From: an uncultured bacterium
GTDB lineage: Bacteria; Krumholzibacteriota; Krumholzibacteriia; LZORAL124-64-63
Assembly: GCA_963732385.1 (NCBI GenBank)
Contig: CAVSZB010000007.1
Coordinates: 608,001-672,000, forward strand
Direction: 5' to 3'
Length of the DNA stretch: 64,000 nt
A model generated the notes under the pieces. It made no database searches, was not told the DNA's origin, and saw only the letters and a list, made by a program, of their open reading frames with translations. A program made the position numbers and the translations under genes. Shown one piece after another: positions 43,513 through 52,693 of this stretch; the first letter of the stretch is position 1, and every line of letters begins with the position of its first letter.

Positions 43513-44187
43513 TCACCGACCGTGGCGCGGGACGCCGGGCAATGACGGCAGGCGGGCCAGCATTTCGAGCAAACGGGTCTGCTCCGGCGCCTCCCATTCC
43601 CAGAGCGCGTGAAAAACCTGCCAGTGCTGCGGCAGCAGCACTCCGCCGGCCGAAAAGACCCGGAAGAAGCGACGGCGACGCTCGGCCAGCGAATAGCCGG
43701 GCAGGATGGCCCGTTTGAGCCGACCGTCGAGCGTCACGGCCCAGGCCTCCTGGAACGCCTCGGCCTCTGTCGGCGGCACCTCGGCCGGCGAGACGGTGCC
43801 GTCCCGCAGATCGCGAATCATGAGGAACTGGTGGTAGAGGATGCGTTCCGCCTTCCGGGGCGAAAAGGCCGCCGGATCGCACGATTCCGCCACCGGCCCG
43901 GCGCGCAGCTCCCAGGCAAGCAACCCCCTCCCCTCAGCGGCGCCCGGCGCGTGATCGCGCAGGAAATGGTCGGGGTGGAACCAGAGCGCCATCCCGGGCA
44001 GCCGCCCCGGCGCGGAGGCGGAGGCAACCGTCGTCACCCAGATCCGTTCGTCAGCGGTGAGGTCGTCGAGCCACAGAGTGAGCGACGCCAGGTATCTACC
44101 AAGGTCGAGCCGCGCGGCGGCGGTTGCGGCCAGAGGCCGCAGGACGGGAACGAGGGGGTGGTCTCCCGGCAACCAGTCCACGTGCAT
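43513..44187 (-). CDS. Hypothetical protein downstream of tryptophanase
   Basis: ATG with GGAGGAG RBS 30 nt after the tnaA stop; no confident family. Confidence 0.65.
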   Translation of the reverse strand: MHVDWLPGDHPLVPVLRPLAATAAARLDLGRYLASLTLWLDDLTADERIWVTTVASASAPGRLPGMALWFHPDHFLRDHAPGAAEGRGLLAWELRAGPVAESCDPAAFSPRKAERILYHQFLMIRDLRDGTVSPAEVPPTEAEAFQEAWAVTLDGRLKRAILPGYSLAERRRRFFRVFSAGGVLLPQHWQVFHALWEWEAPEQTRLLEMLARLPSLPGVPRHGR

Positions 44188-44216
44188 GGCAGCCACTCCT
44201 CCCCCCACGACGATCG

Positions 44217-45614
44217 TCAGGCGCCAAACAATTCCCCGCCGCCCAGCGGCCGCAGCCGGGCCCGGAAGTGGCGCAACACCTTCGGCGCCGATTCGATTTC
44301 CAGCCCCCGCAACCGCGACTTGTCCCGTGCGATCCGTCCGCACGCCTCCGCCACATAGGCCAGCTGCGCCAGGCTGTAGACCCGCCGGGGAATCGCCAGC
44401 CGCACCAGTTCCATCGCTGACGGCACGAAGGCGCCGCTGGCCGGATCATCGTGGCCGAACATCAGGCTGCCAATCTCCACGGCCCGGATGCCGGCTTCGA
44501 GATAGAGCGCGGCGGTGAGCGCCTGCCCCGGGAACTGTTCCGGCGGAATGTGAGGCAACAGCGCCTTCGCGTCCACATAGACCGCGTGTCCACCGACCGG
44601 CGTGAGAATCGGGACCCCCGCTTCCTGCAGCAAACCGCCCAGGTAGGCGACCTGCCCCACGCGGTAGCTGAGGTATTCGAGGTCGAGCACCTCGCGCAGC
44701 CCCTGGGCGATGGCCGCCAGGTCGCGCCCCGCCAGGCCGCCGTAGGTCGGGAAACCCTCGGTCAGGATGAGCAGGTTGGTGACCTGTTCGGCCCAGTCGT
44801 CGCGGTTGAGGCAGAGAAATCCGCCGATGTTGACCAGCGCATCCTTCTTGGCGCTCATCGTGCAGCCGTCTCCAAGCGCGAAGATCTCGCGGGCGATCTC
44901 CGCGACCCCGCGATCTGCCTGGCCGGGCTCCCGCTGGTGGATGAAGTAGCAGTTTTCAGCGAACCGGCAGGCGTCGAAGATCAGCGGCACGCCACGGGCG
45001 CGACAGAACGCGGAAACCTCGCGGATGTTCGCCAGTGAGGCCGGCTGTCCGCCGCCACTGTTGTTGGTGATCGTCATCATGACCAGCGGGATCCGCGCCT
45101 GTCCGTACCGGTCGAAAGCCGCTTCCAGCTTCTGCAGCGACATGTTCCCCTTGAAGGGATGGTCACCGTCGGGACGAAGCCCCTCATCGATGACACAGTC
45201 GAGGGCGATCGCGCCGGTCGACTCGACGTTGGCCCGCGTGGTGTCGAAGTGCGTGTTGTTGGGCACCACGTCGCCCGGTTTCAGCGCCGTGGCGAAAAAC
45301 AGGTCCTCGGCGGCCCGTCCCTGGTGGGTGGGGATGACGTGCCGGTAGCCGAAAATGCCACGAATGGTCGATTCGAAATCGTTGAAACTGCGACTGCAGG
45401 CGTAGGCCTCGTCGCCGGTCATCATCGCGGCCCACTGAGCATCGCTCATGGCCGAGGTGCCGCTGTCGGTGAGCAGGTCGATGTAGGTGGCGTCGGAGGG
45501 GATCCAGAACAGGTTGTAGCCGGCCTGTCTAAGCAGCGCGAGCCGTTCCTCGCGACTGATGAGCCGGATGCGCTCCACGACCTTGGTTCGGTAAGGCTCG
45601 AAAGGCCACTCCAT
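44217..45614 (-). CDS. tnaA: Tryptophanase (beta-eliminating lyase family)
   Basis: IDLLTDSGT, HQGRAAE, FDTTR, RFAENCYFI, PLP-Lys motif MSAKKD (tyrosine phenol-lyases usually have MSGKKD), RLAIPRRVY. Confidence 0.88.
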   Translation of the reverse strand: MEWPFEPYRTKVVERIRLISREERLALLRQAGYNLFWIPSDATYIDLLTDSGTSAMSDAQWAAMMTGDEAYACSRSFNDFESTIRGIFGYRHVIPTHQGRAAEDLFFATALKPGDVVPNNTHFDTTRANVESTGAIALDCVIDEGLRPDGDHPFKGNMSLQKLEAAFDRYGQARIPLVMMTITNNSGGGQPASLANIREVSAFCRARGVPLIFDACRFAENCYFIHQREPGQADRGVAEIAREIFALGDGCTMSAKKDALVNIGGFLCLNRDDWAEQVTNLLILTEGFPTYGGLAGRDLAAIAQGLREVLDLEYLSYRVGQVAYLGGLLQEAGVPILTPVGGHAVYVDAKALLPHIPPEQFPGQALTAALYLEAGIRAVEIGSLMFGHDDPASGAFVPSAMELVRLAIPRRVYSLAQLAYVAEACGRIARDKSRLRGLEIESAPKVLRHFRARLRPLGGGELFGA

Positions 45615-45717
45615 CGTTCCACTCCTCATGCGGCGCGGACAGTGTTATGCTGGCGGCGGCAAGATCGCCCCGCGGCGAAGGTAGCCCGCCGAACGCGGTC
45701 GAACAAGGGTCAAGACC

Positions 45718-46200
45718 ATGCCACGTCCGCCCCGCTGGCCCGGCTGGCGCGCCGCCTGGCGCACGCTCGCCGGAGGGGATCATTCGAACCGCAACCTGGC
45801 CGCCGCGCTCGCGCTGGGCGTGCTGGTGGCGCCCACGCCGGTGCTCGGCCTGCACACCTGGATGGCGATCGGACTCGCCTTCACGTTCCGCGTCAACCGC
45901 CTCGCGGCGTTCGTCGGATCGAACGTCGCCAACCCTCTGACCATGATGCCGCTGGTCTGGCTCGACATCGAACTCGGGGCCCGTCTGCTCGGCCGCCCCG
46001 CCCCCGCCTGGCCCGGGCGTGCCGAAGTCTGGGCGCAGTTGGGATGTCTCTATCTGGAGGCCTGGGCCGGGGCGCTGGTCTTGGGAGCGGCGGGCGCCCT
46101 GGCGACCTACGTTCTGGCGCGTCTGTTGTTGCCGGGGTGGCGTCGACGCGCTCAGTCCGCGGCCGCAGCCTCGTCACCAGTCAGCGGAGACGATTCCTGA
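45718..46200 (+). CDS. DUF2062-like membrane protein
   Basis: LAAALALGV...P.LGLHT...FRVNRLAAFVGSNVANPLT...ELGARLLG pattern. Confidence 0.75.
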   Translation: MPRPPRWPGWRAAWRTLAGGDHSNRNLAAALALGVLVAPTPVLGLHTWMAIGLAFTFRVNRLAAFVGSNVANPLTMMPLVWLDIELGARLLGRPAPAWPGRAEVWAQLGCLYLEAWAGALVLGAAGALATYVLARLLLPGWRRRAQSAAAASSPVSGDDS

Positions 46201-49200
46201 TACAGCACCATCACGCGCTCGGTGGCGCGGGCGAACACCCGGTAGTGCCGCTGGCGGGACTCACTTCCGAGACAGAGATAGACCAGGGTGTCGGCGCCGG
46301 TGGCACCGCTCGTTTCCGGGGTCGCCAGGGTCACGACCGGCGCGTGGGGCGTCGCCGCGGGAACGGCGAGCCAGTCGGCCAGTTCCAGCCGCCAGGCTGC
46401 CCACAGCGGCCGCTTCACGAAGTGGCCAGGATTCTCGCCGCCGGCTTCGCGCACCAGCCGTTCCACCCGCCGCTGCACCTCGGGCCGGGCCAGCCACGGA
46501 GAGGCCCAGCCACTGCGGGAGACCCGTGCGTGGATCTCCGCGAGCGAGGCCTCTGCCAGCGACTCGGCCGCGGCGAGCCAACGGGCATAGGCCGCTGCGC
46601 CGGACGGATCGAGCAGCACCGGCAGGAGCGGCGTCCGGGCGCCGTCCGCCTTGCCGGCCTGCGCGGCGATATCGCTGACGACGGCGACGAATTCCAGCGT
46701 GCCGGGCAGCAGCAGCGAATCCAGTTCCCAGCGCAGAACCGGCAGCCAGCCCCGGCCGGCGAGCGAGCGCCCGATATAGAGCAGATCATCCCGGGCCGTC
46801 GCCACGACGGCACTGCGACGGCCGAGCCGGCCGGAAGACTCTTCCGCCCCCAGGTGCGCCACCACTTCGTCCAGGCTCGCCGCGCCATGCGCCACCGCCT
46901 CCCCGCGCTCACGCCGCAAGGCACGACCGCGCGCCGGCCGACCGTCAGGTTCGGCCGCAAAGTGACGCGTTTCCTCCCACACCCGGCGCGTCTGCGCCCG
47001 CTGATCGACACAGTCCACGACCCGCTCCTGGGCAGGAGTGGTCAGGAACAGATGCTCCCAGGGGGCCTCGGCGGCGGCCGGATCGACCGTCACCAGCAGA
47101 CGACCGCCGCGATAACGTTGCTGGACGGCGAAGCGGGTCTCGCGCGGCAGCGCCTCCGCATCGATCAGCAGCGCCGTCTCCCGCGCCGGGTCGCCCGGCA
47201 GATATCGACCGGTGAGGGGCGTGGCGCCGGCGGGCGGCGTGCCCTCGGGCGCGATGAAGAGTGCCGGCGCGACCGCCGCGTCGACGTCGCGCCGCCAGGC
47301 CAGATGGACCCGCGCCGCCACCGCGGACGATGGACACCAGACACTCACCTCGCCGGGCCGCAGCGCGCCGGACGCCGCGGCGTCAGCCAGCCCGGCGGCC
47401 ACGGCGGCCAGACGCCCGGTGCCGGCCGGTCCGCGCAGGACGAGCCATCCCGGCTCGGGGCCGGCGAGCAGGTGAGCCACTTTTGCGGCCGCCTCCGGCG
47501 CCGGCGCTCCGACCACGGGTCGCTGCTGCGGCGCCCGGCTCCGCGCCTCTGCCGGCGCGGTCCCGGCGCCCACGCCTGACTCCGCGCCGAGACGCGCCGC
47601 CTGGCCCGTGCGCCAGGCATCCCCATCGGTCAGCAACGCGACCGTGCGGGCGCGGGCCGCCGCCGGTGCGTCCGCCAGCCAGGCGAGCGCCGACGTGTCG
47701 AGCGCCTCTGCCAGCGGCGCGCCCTCGATCCACCAGGCTCCCAGCAGGCAGCCGACCATCGCCACTTCGGACGGCCAGGCCTCACCCGGCGCGAGTGCCA
47801 CTCGTGCTCCCCCGGAGTCACACACGGCCGTCGCCAGCAGGGCGGTCGCCGCGCCGGCGAACCGTTCCGCCTCCTGCGACAGTCGCTCGGCCACGGCGCG
47901 CGGCCGACCCAGCGTGCCAAGCAGCCTGCGGGAGGAGAACAACACCCCTTCGGGCGCGCGCCAGAGCAGCTCCTCCGTCCCGGTAGTCCCGCGGAACAGA
48001 TCACCACCGCCACGCACCGACGCCGCGCTCCGCAGGCGGAGCGACATGGCGAGCAGGAACCGGTCAAGCCAGGCCAGATCTTCTTCCGTATCACCGTCCC
48101 CGCCGACTGCCAGATCGCAGACGACCGGCAAGCCCTCCACCGCCCCTTCGAGCCAGGCCGGCAACCGCACCGCGGCCAGGTCCGCGGCGCGCCCGAGGCG
48201 GTACTCCAACTCTGCGAGCGGCAGCGCCAGACGCAATATCGCGGGCTCGTCGGCGCGCCCGGAGTGCGCCGGTTCACAACCGGTTTCCAGCACGCTCAGC
48301 CAGGCCAGCGTGGAGAGCGACGCAACAACGGTCTCGGTCGGCAAGCCGGTCAGCGCCTCCACCACCGCCGCCGGCAGCGTGCCGCGACAGGTGCGCGCCC
48401 ACCCGGGCAACTCGGAGCCTGTGCCGACGGGCACGAGCGCGAGCGACCGCTTCACCCGCTCCAGCGCCGGCGGCAACGCCGGAACATCCAGATCATCGAG
48501 GTGGCTGGCCACGATCAGCGGGCGGCCGGAGCTCGACATCCCCTCTCCGACCCCGGTGCTCAGACCGAATCGGACAACCGACCCGTACGGCAGGTCCACC
48601 CCTTCGTCGTCCAGTTGCAGCACCCGCCACAGGCTTCCGTCCGGTCCGTTTGCTTCCAGCCGCCCGTTCGCTTCTCCGACAACAAACCCCATACAGGCAA
48701 GTTCTTCTTTTATAATGGAATAATCTGCTTTTCTCACATGACACACGAACTCGTGGTCGGGTGGCGCGCGGTGCCGCATGCCGTCCAGACGCGCCCTCAG
48801 AACGGCTCTTCGCCGCCCCTCACGCTGTGCGCTGCTCTGCCAGGTGGAGAGGTCGAGCCCGCAGGCTGCACAGGCCGGCCTTGCCCCCACCAGCGGCATC
48901 GCCCCGGCGCAGTCGGGACAGAGGGCCGACGCGCTCTCGCCCGGCCAGAACTCCTCGGCAGCATCGATCAACAACTCCGGATCTGCCATCTTCCCAACGG
49001 GCTGCGAATTTTCGGCGAGAAAGTGGGCGAACAGGCGGCGCCAGGGGCCGGCCAGACCGCCGAGACAGAAATCGGTGCGAGGCAGATCGCGGGCCAGGAA
49101 CCGCAACGCCACCGCAGCCCCGAGCCGTGGTCGCGGTCCGCTCGGCAACCAGGCCTCCAGCCCGAGCACGAACGCCGCCAGCGGCGGCCGCGAAGCGATG

Positions 49201-52200
49201 GCGGCGCGCAACCCCGGATCGGCCAGCGTTTCCGGCGCGGCCCAGAGAACCGGTCCGAGCGGCGGACGGGGCGCGGTCGCGCCATCCACTCCGGCGACCG
49301 TCGGCGCCGCCGTGGGAAAGACCGCCGCCAGAGCTCCCGCCCCCATCGGCGGCGCCGGCCCGACCGCGAGCAGCCATGCCCCGGTCTCGCCGCGCTCCCG
49401 CGCCGTCGCGACACTCCGCAGCCACGCCGTCCAGACCGCCGCGCCGTCGCCATCGAGCAGCCGGGCGCCGCGCGGCGACGGCTCCGACTCAGCCTCGCCC
49501 GATCCGGCCCACGGCGCCTCCGGGTCGGAAACGGCTCCCTCCTCTCGGCGCCAGGCCGCGACCACCTCCATACCCACCAACGGCACCGCTCCGCGCCGGC
49601 GCAGGGAGCCGCGTCGGGTCTTCAGCCCCGGCTTCGCCTGCGGCAGATCGTAGCCGACGGCGCCCCCGGCAACGACCCTCGCCAGCACATCTTCCCCGCG
49701 CGCGGGCAGACCCGCGGCCCCGAAGCCGCCCGGCAGCGGAAAACGGCGGCACCAGCGCGGATCGGCCACATCGACAGACGCCGCACCGCAGGCCAGCAGG
49801 GCGTTCACTTCGAGGCTGCAGAGTCGCCGCTCGTCCGTGAGGGCGACCGCCCGTTCACGATCGGCCAGCGCCCACGCGTCGGGCCGATCGGCGGCGGGCC
49901 TCACATGGTCGGCAACGCCCAGGCTGTCGAGCACCGGAACCACCAGACGCGCACCTGCCAGCGAGGCGGACGTTACCGCTTCGCTCCACAGTTCCGCGGG
50001 ATCGAGACAGTCGGGCGGACCGCTGCCGGCCTCGAGGCTGAGTCGTCCGGCGGCGAACGCGCGCCACATTGCCACCGCCGCAGCCCCGTGCGCCGGCAGC
50101 GCCACCACCGGCCGCTCCCCGTCCGCCATCAGGCGCGTCACGTGCCCCAGTCCGCCTGCCCCTGCCTCGTCGGCCAGCACGCAGGCATCCGGCGCCACGC
50201 CTCCGCACGCCAGCGCCAGCGGGGCGTGCCCCCCTTCCCCGGCGAGGCTCGCCTCGACCGCGCCGTACGGCGCCAGCCACGCCGTCAACAGCGCCGCGAG
50301 ATCGTCCCCCAGAAAACAGCCGTCGCGGACCAGCGAAAGATGCCGGTGTCCGCGTCGCGCCAGCTTCGCATGCAGTTCCTCCGGTCGGGCGAGTCCGGCG
50401 CGCCGGAGCTGCCAGTGGATCCGCGCGCTGTCCAGGAAGATCCAGGCCGCTTCTCCCCCCTCCCGCACCCCCCAGATCGTGTCGCGGATCGGATCGCGAT
50501 CCCGCAGGCGAGAGGGAGGTCCCACGACCACGCACGATTGCCGCGCCCGCGCGGCGTATTCCCCGGCCCACGGGTCGTCGGCGCCCGCTTCGCCCGGGAT
50601 CACGCGGGGCAACGAGTCGGCCAGTGCGGCGTGCCGATCCACGACCGGCAACACCCCGGTCGCCCGCGGACGGAGCCGGAGGTGATCGAGAAGATCGCCG
50701 TTGTGGGACTCGCTCAACCGCAACCAGTGGAAAAGAGGCAGCAGATCAGGTTCCGCTGCCCGCGACGCCGCAGAGTCGGCCGCCGGCAGCGCCTCCAGCC
50801 AGGCCAGTGCCGCCCGCAGCGCATGCACCTCTCCCCCGGGGGGGATGAGCGTGATGCCGCGCCTTCCGGAGACCGCCGACGCCAGGTCGGCCAGGCGCGC
50901 GGCCTGGTCCAGAACCACCCGCCAGACAGCCTCATCCGCTCCCCAGGCGCGCAGCACGGCGAACGGACGGGGCGAGGCCAGCAGCAGGGCGGCGGCGGAC
51001 GACAGCGCCGGCCGCCTCTCCACCACGTCCGCGGAAACCGCGCCCAACTCAGGATCGGGACGCTCGGCGAGCGGCGGCAGACGCCATTCGGCGCCGACCG
51101 CGACGTCATCCAGGGAGCCGCCCTGCCCCGCAGCCTGGAAGCGGGCCACGAACACCGCCGCCCGGTCGCCGCGGGAGCCGAGCCGCCGCACCCCCGCCCG
51201 GGTCCGCGGATCGAGCCCGCGCAACCGGGCAAGGCACGCCAGCCAGAGGAATCCGGCGTCGAGCGCAGCCGCCAGCTCCGGAGCCGCGGCCGAACGTGAC
51301 GCGTCAGACACTTCACCGGCGGCGTCCGGGGGCGCGTCCCCAGCCGGCGGGGCCAGCAGCGGATGGCCGGTCTGCCGCTCCCACGTCGCGCGCCAGGCGA
51401 CCTCCTGCAATCGCCTGAGCCGGGTCGCAGCCTCCGGGGTCAGCCCATTCGCCGGCAGTTGCGATTCCAGCAGCGCGACCGCAAACGGTCCCACCGGCTC
51501 GCCGGCGCAGTCATCCCCGAGTTCGCCCCAGAGTCCCCGCCGCCCTTCATCCCACCGGACCAGCCGCCCGCGGCAGGGGCGCAGGAGTCGAAGCAGGACC
51601 TCCGGATCGTCGCCTGCCCGCCAGAGGGCCACGTCACGCGGTTCGTCGTCGCGCCACAGCACGCAGGTCAGCCCCTGCGACGACATCGCCAAAGACGCCC
51701 ACGCCTCGGCCGGGGAGTCGGCCGGGTTGCGTCGCTCCAGCGCGCGGCGGGCTGCGCCGAAACGTAGCGCGACCGCGCCGTCGGCGGGAGGACCGACCTC
51801 CAGCAGCGCACGCGCCTCGTCGTGCCGCGGGACCGGCAGGTGCTGCGCGTCCAGGTTCGCCAACAGTTCGATCAGGCGCACGCGCGCCGCCTCGGCACGC
51901 GACCGGAAGGGCTCGGGCAGGGCCAGACAGGCCCGGTAGAGCGGGATCGCCGCCGCCGCGTCGCCTGCGTGGGCGTCGGTCAGACGGGCGACGCGCCAGA
52001 TCCGTTCCGCGTGGAATGGTCCGGACTGCGAGAAATATGCCGCTTCGAGCAGGCGCAGCACCGCCTGCGCCAGCGCAATCCGGCCGGCCGGCGCAACGTT
52101 GCCGGCCGCGGCCAGAGCGTCCAGCCACCCCTCAACCTGGGCTCCCAACGCCACACGATCGGCTTCTGCCAGCGGCAGATCGGCACGGATCAGCGCCGGA

Positions 52201-52658
52201 TCGAAGGGGCGACCGGCGCGGCAGGCAGCGGCGATCGTCGCCGGCAGAAGACGCGCCGCAACCGCGCCATCGCACGGATGGAGCCGGCTGGCAGTGGTGA
52301 GACGCAGCGCCGTGGTCAGGAGCTCGAAATCCTCTGCCGGCGCCCCCGCCGGTCCGCCGGCCGGAAAAACGCCCTGGCTCAGAGCCGCGGCCACCGCGGC
52401 ACCGGCCCGGTCCAGGTAGTCCGCGCGAAACGTCTCCGCCGCGGCGGGCCAGCGGCCGGACGAGTGCGCATCGGCCTCGGCGCGACGCGCCCGTCCCCAA
52501 AGCCGGCGTGCGGCATCGGTGACCGTCTCCGAGAGGAAGACCCGGCCGGGCGAGCGCTCCCGCAGCTCGAGCGCCGTGGCAAAGGCCGCCTCGGCCTCGG
52601 CGAGAGCCCCCGCAGCGAGACGCTCACGGGCGGTCGCCAGCGCATCCCAGTAGCTCAT
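46152..52658 (-). CDS. Giant (~2168 aa) multidomain protein with degenerate exonuclease-, DinG-, RecQ- and UvrD-like modules
   Basis: Uninterrupted 6.5-kb ORF; ATG with GGAGG 35 nt after the leuS stop; helicase-like motif remnants (see findings). Confidence 0.75.
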   Translation of the reverse strand: MSYWDALATARERLAAGALAEAEAAFATALELRERSPGRVFLSETVTDAARRLWGRARRAEADAHSSGRWPAAAETFRADYLDRAGAAVAAALSQGVFPAGGPAGAPAEDFELLTTALRLTTASRLHPCDGAVAARLLPATIAAACRAGRPFDPALIRADLPLAEADRVALGAQVEGWLDALAAAGNVAPAGRIALAQAVLRLLEAAYFSQSGPFHAERIWRVARLTDAHAGDAAAAIPLYRACLALPEPFRSRAEAARVRLIELLANLDAQHLPVPRHDEARALLEVGPPADGAVALRFGAARRALERRNPADSPAEAWASLAMSSQGLTCVLWRDDEPRDVALWRAGDDPEVLLRLLRPCRGRLVRWDEGRRGLWGELGDDCAGEPVGPFAVALLESQLPANGLTPEAATRLRRLQEVAWRATWERQTGHPLLAPPAGDAPPDAAGEVSDASRSAAAPELAAALDAGFLWLACLARLRGLDPRTRAGVRRLGSRGDRAAVFVARFQAAGQGGSLDDVAVGAEWRLPPLAERPDPELGAVSADVVERRPALSSAAALLLASPRPFAVLRAWGADEAVWRVVLDQAARLADLASAVSGRRGITLIPPGGEVHALRAALAWLEALPAADSAASRAAEPDLLPLFHWLRLSESHNGDLLDHLRLRPRATGVLPVVDRHAALADSLPRVIPGEAGADDPWAGEYAARARQSCVVVGPPSRLRDRDPIRDTIWGVREGGEAAWIFLDSARIHWQLRRAGLARPEELHAKLARRGHRHLSLVRDGCFLGDDLAALLTAWLAPYGAVEASLAGEGGHAPLALACGGVAPDACVLADEAGAGGLGHVTRLMADGERPVVALPAHGAAAVAMWRAFAAGRLSLEAGSGPPDCLDPAELWSEAVTSASLAGARLVVPVLDSLGVADHVRPAADRPDAWALADRERAVALTDERRLCSLEVNALLACGAASVDVADPRWCRRFPLPGGFGAAGLPARGEDVLARVVAGGAVGYDLPQAKPGLKTRRGSLRRRGAVPLVGMEVVAAWRREEGAVSDPEAPWAGSGEAESEPSPRGARLLDGDGAAVWTAWLRSVATARERGETGAWLLAVGPAPPMGAGALAAVFPTAAPTVAGVDGATAPRPPLGPVLWAAPETLADPGLRAAIASRPPLAAFVLGLEAWLPSGPRPRLGAAVALRFLARDLPRTDFCLGGLAGPWRRLFAHFLAENSQPVGKMADPELLIDAAEEFWPGESASALCPDCAGAMPLVGARPACAACGLDLSTWQSSAQREGRRRAVLRARLDGMRHRAPPDHEFVCHVRKADYSIIKEELACMGFVVGEANGRLEANGPDGSLWRVLQLDDEGVDLPYGSVVRFGLSTGVGEGMSSSGRPLIVASHLDDLDVPALPPALERVKRSLALVPVGTGSELPGWARTCRGTLPAAVVEALTGLPTETVVASLSTLAWLSVLETGCEPAHSGRADEPAILRLALPLAELEYRLGRAADLAAVRLPAWLEGAVEGLPVVCDLAVGGDGDTEEDLAWLDRFLLAMSLRLRSAASVRGGGDLFRGTTGTEELLWRAPEGVLFSSRRLLGTLGRPRAVAERLSQEAERFAGAATALLATAVCDSGGARVALAPGEAWPSEVAMVGCLLGAWWIEGAPLAEALDTSALAWLADAPAAARARTVALLTDGDAWRTGQAARLGAESGVGAGTAPAEARSRAPQQRPVVGAPAPEAAAKVAHLLAGPEPGWLVLRGPAGTGRLAAVAAGLADAAASGALRPGEVSVWCPSSAVAARVHLAWRRDVDAAVAPALFIAPEGTPPAGATPLTGRYLPGDPARETALLIDAEALPRETRFAVQQRYRGGRLLVTVDPAAAEAPWEHLFLTTPAQERVVDCVDQRAQTRRVWEETRHFAAEPDGRPARGRALRRERGEAVAHGAASLDEVVAHLGAEESSGRLGRRSAVVATARDDLLYIGRSLAGRGWLPVLRWELDSLLLPGTLEFVAVVSDIAAQAGKADGARTPLLPVLLDPSGAAAYARWLAAAESLAEASLAEIHARVSRSGWASPWLARPEVQRRVERLVREAGGENPGHFVKRPLWAAWRLELADWLAVPAATPHAPVVTLATPETSGATGADTLVYLCLGSESRQRHYRVFARATERVMVLYQESSPLTGDEAAAAD

Positions 52659-52693
52659 GTTGCCCGCCCTCCGTGGCGGGGTCGTCGCGCCGG

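Noticed and set aside
48700..48735. Possible dif (XerCD) site in the AT-rich patch
   Set aside because: Has ATAA/TTAT-like cores but no match to the XerD arm TTATGTTAAAT, and it lies within a CDS.
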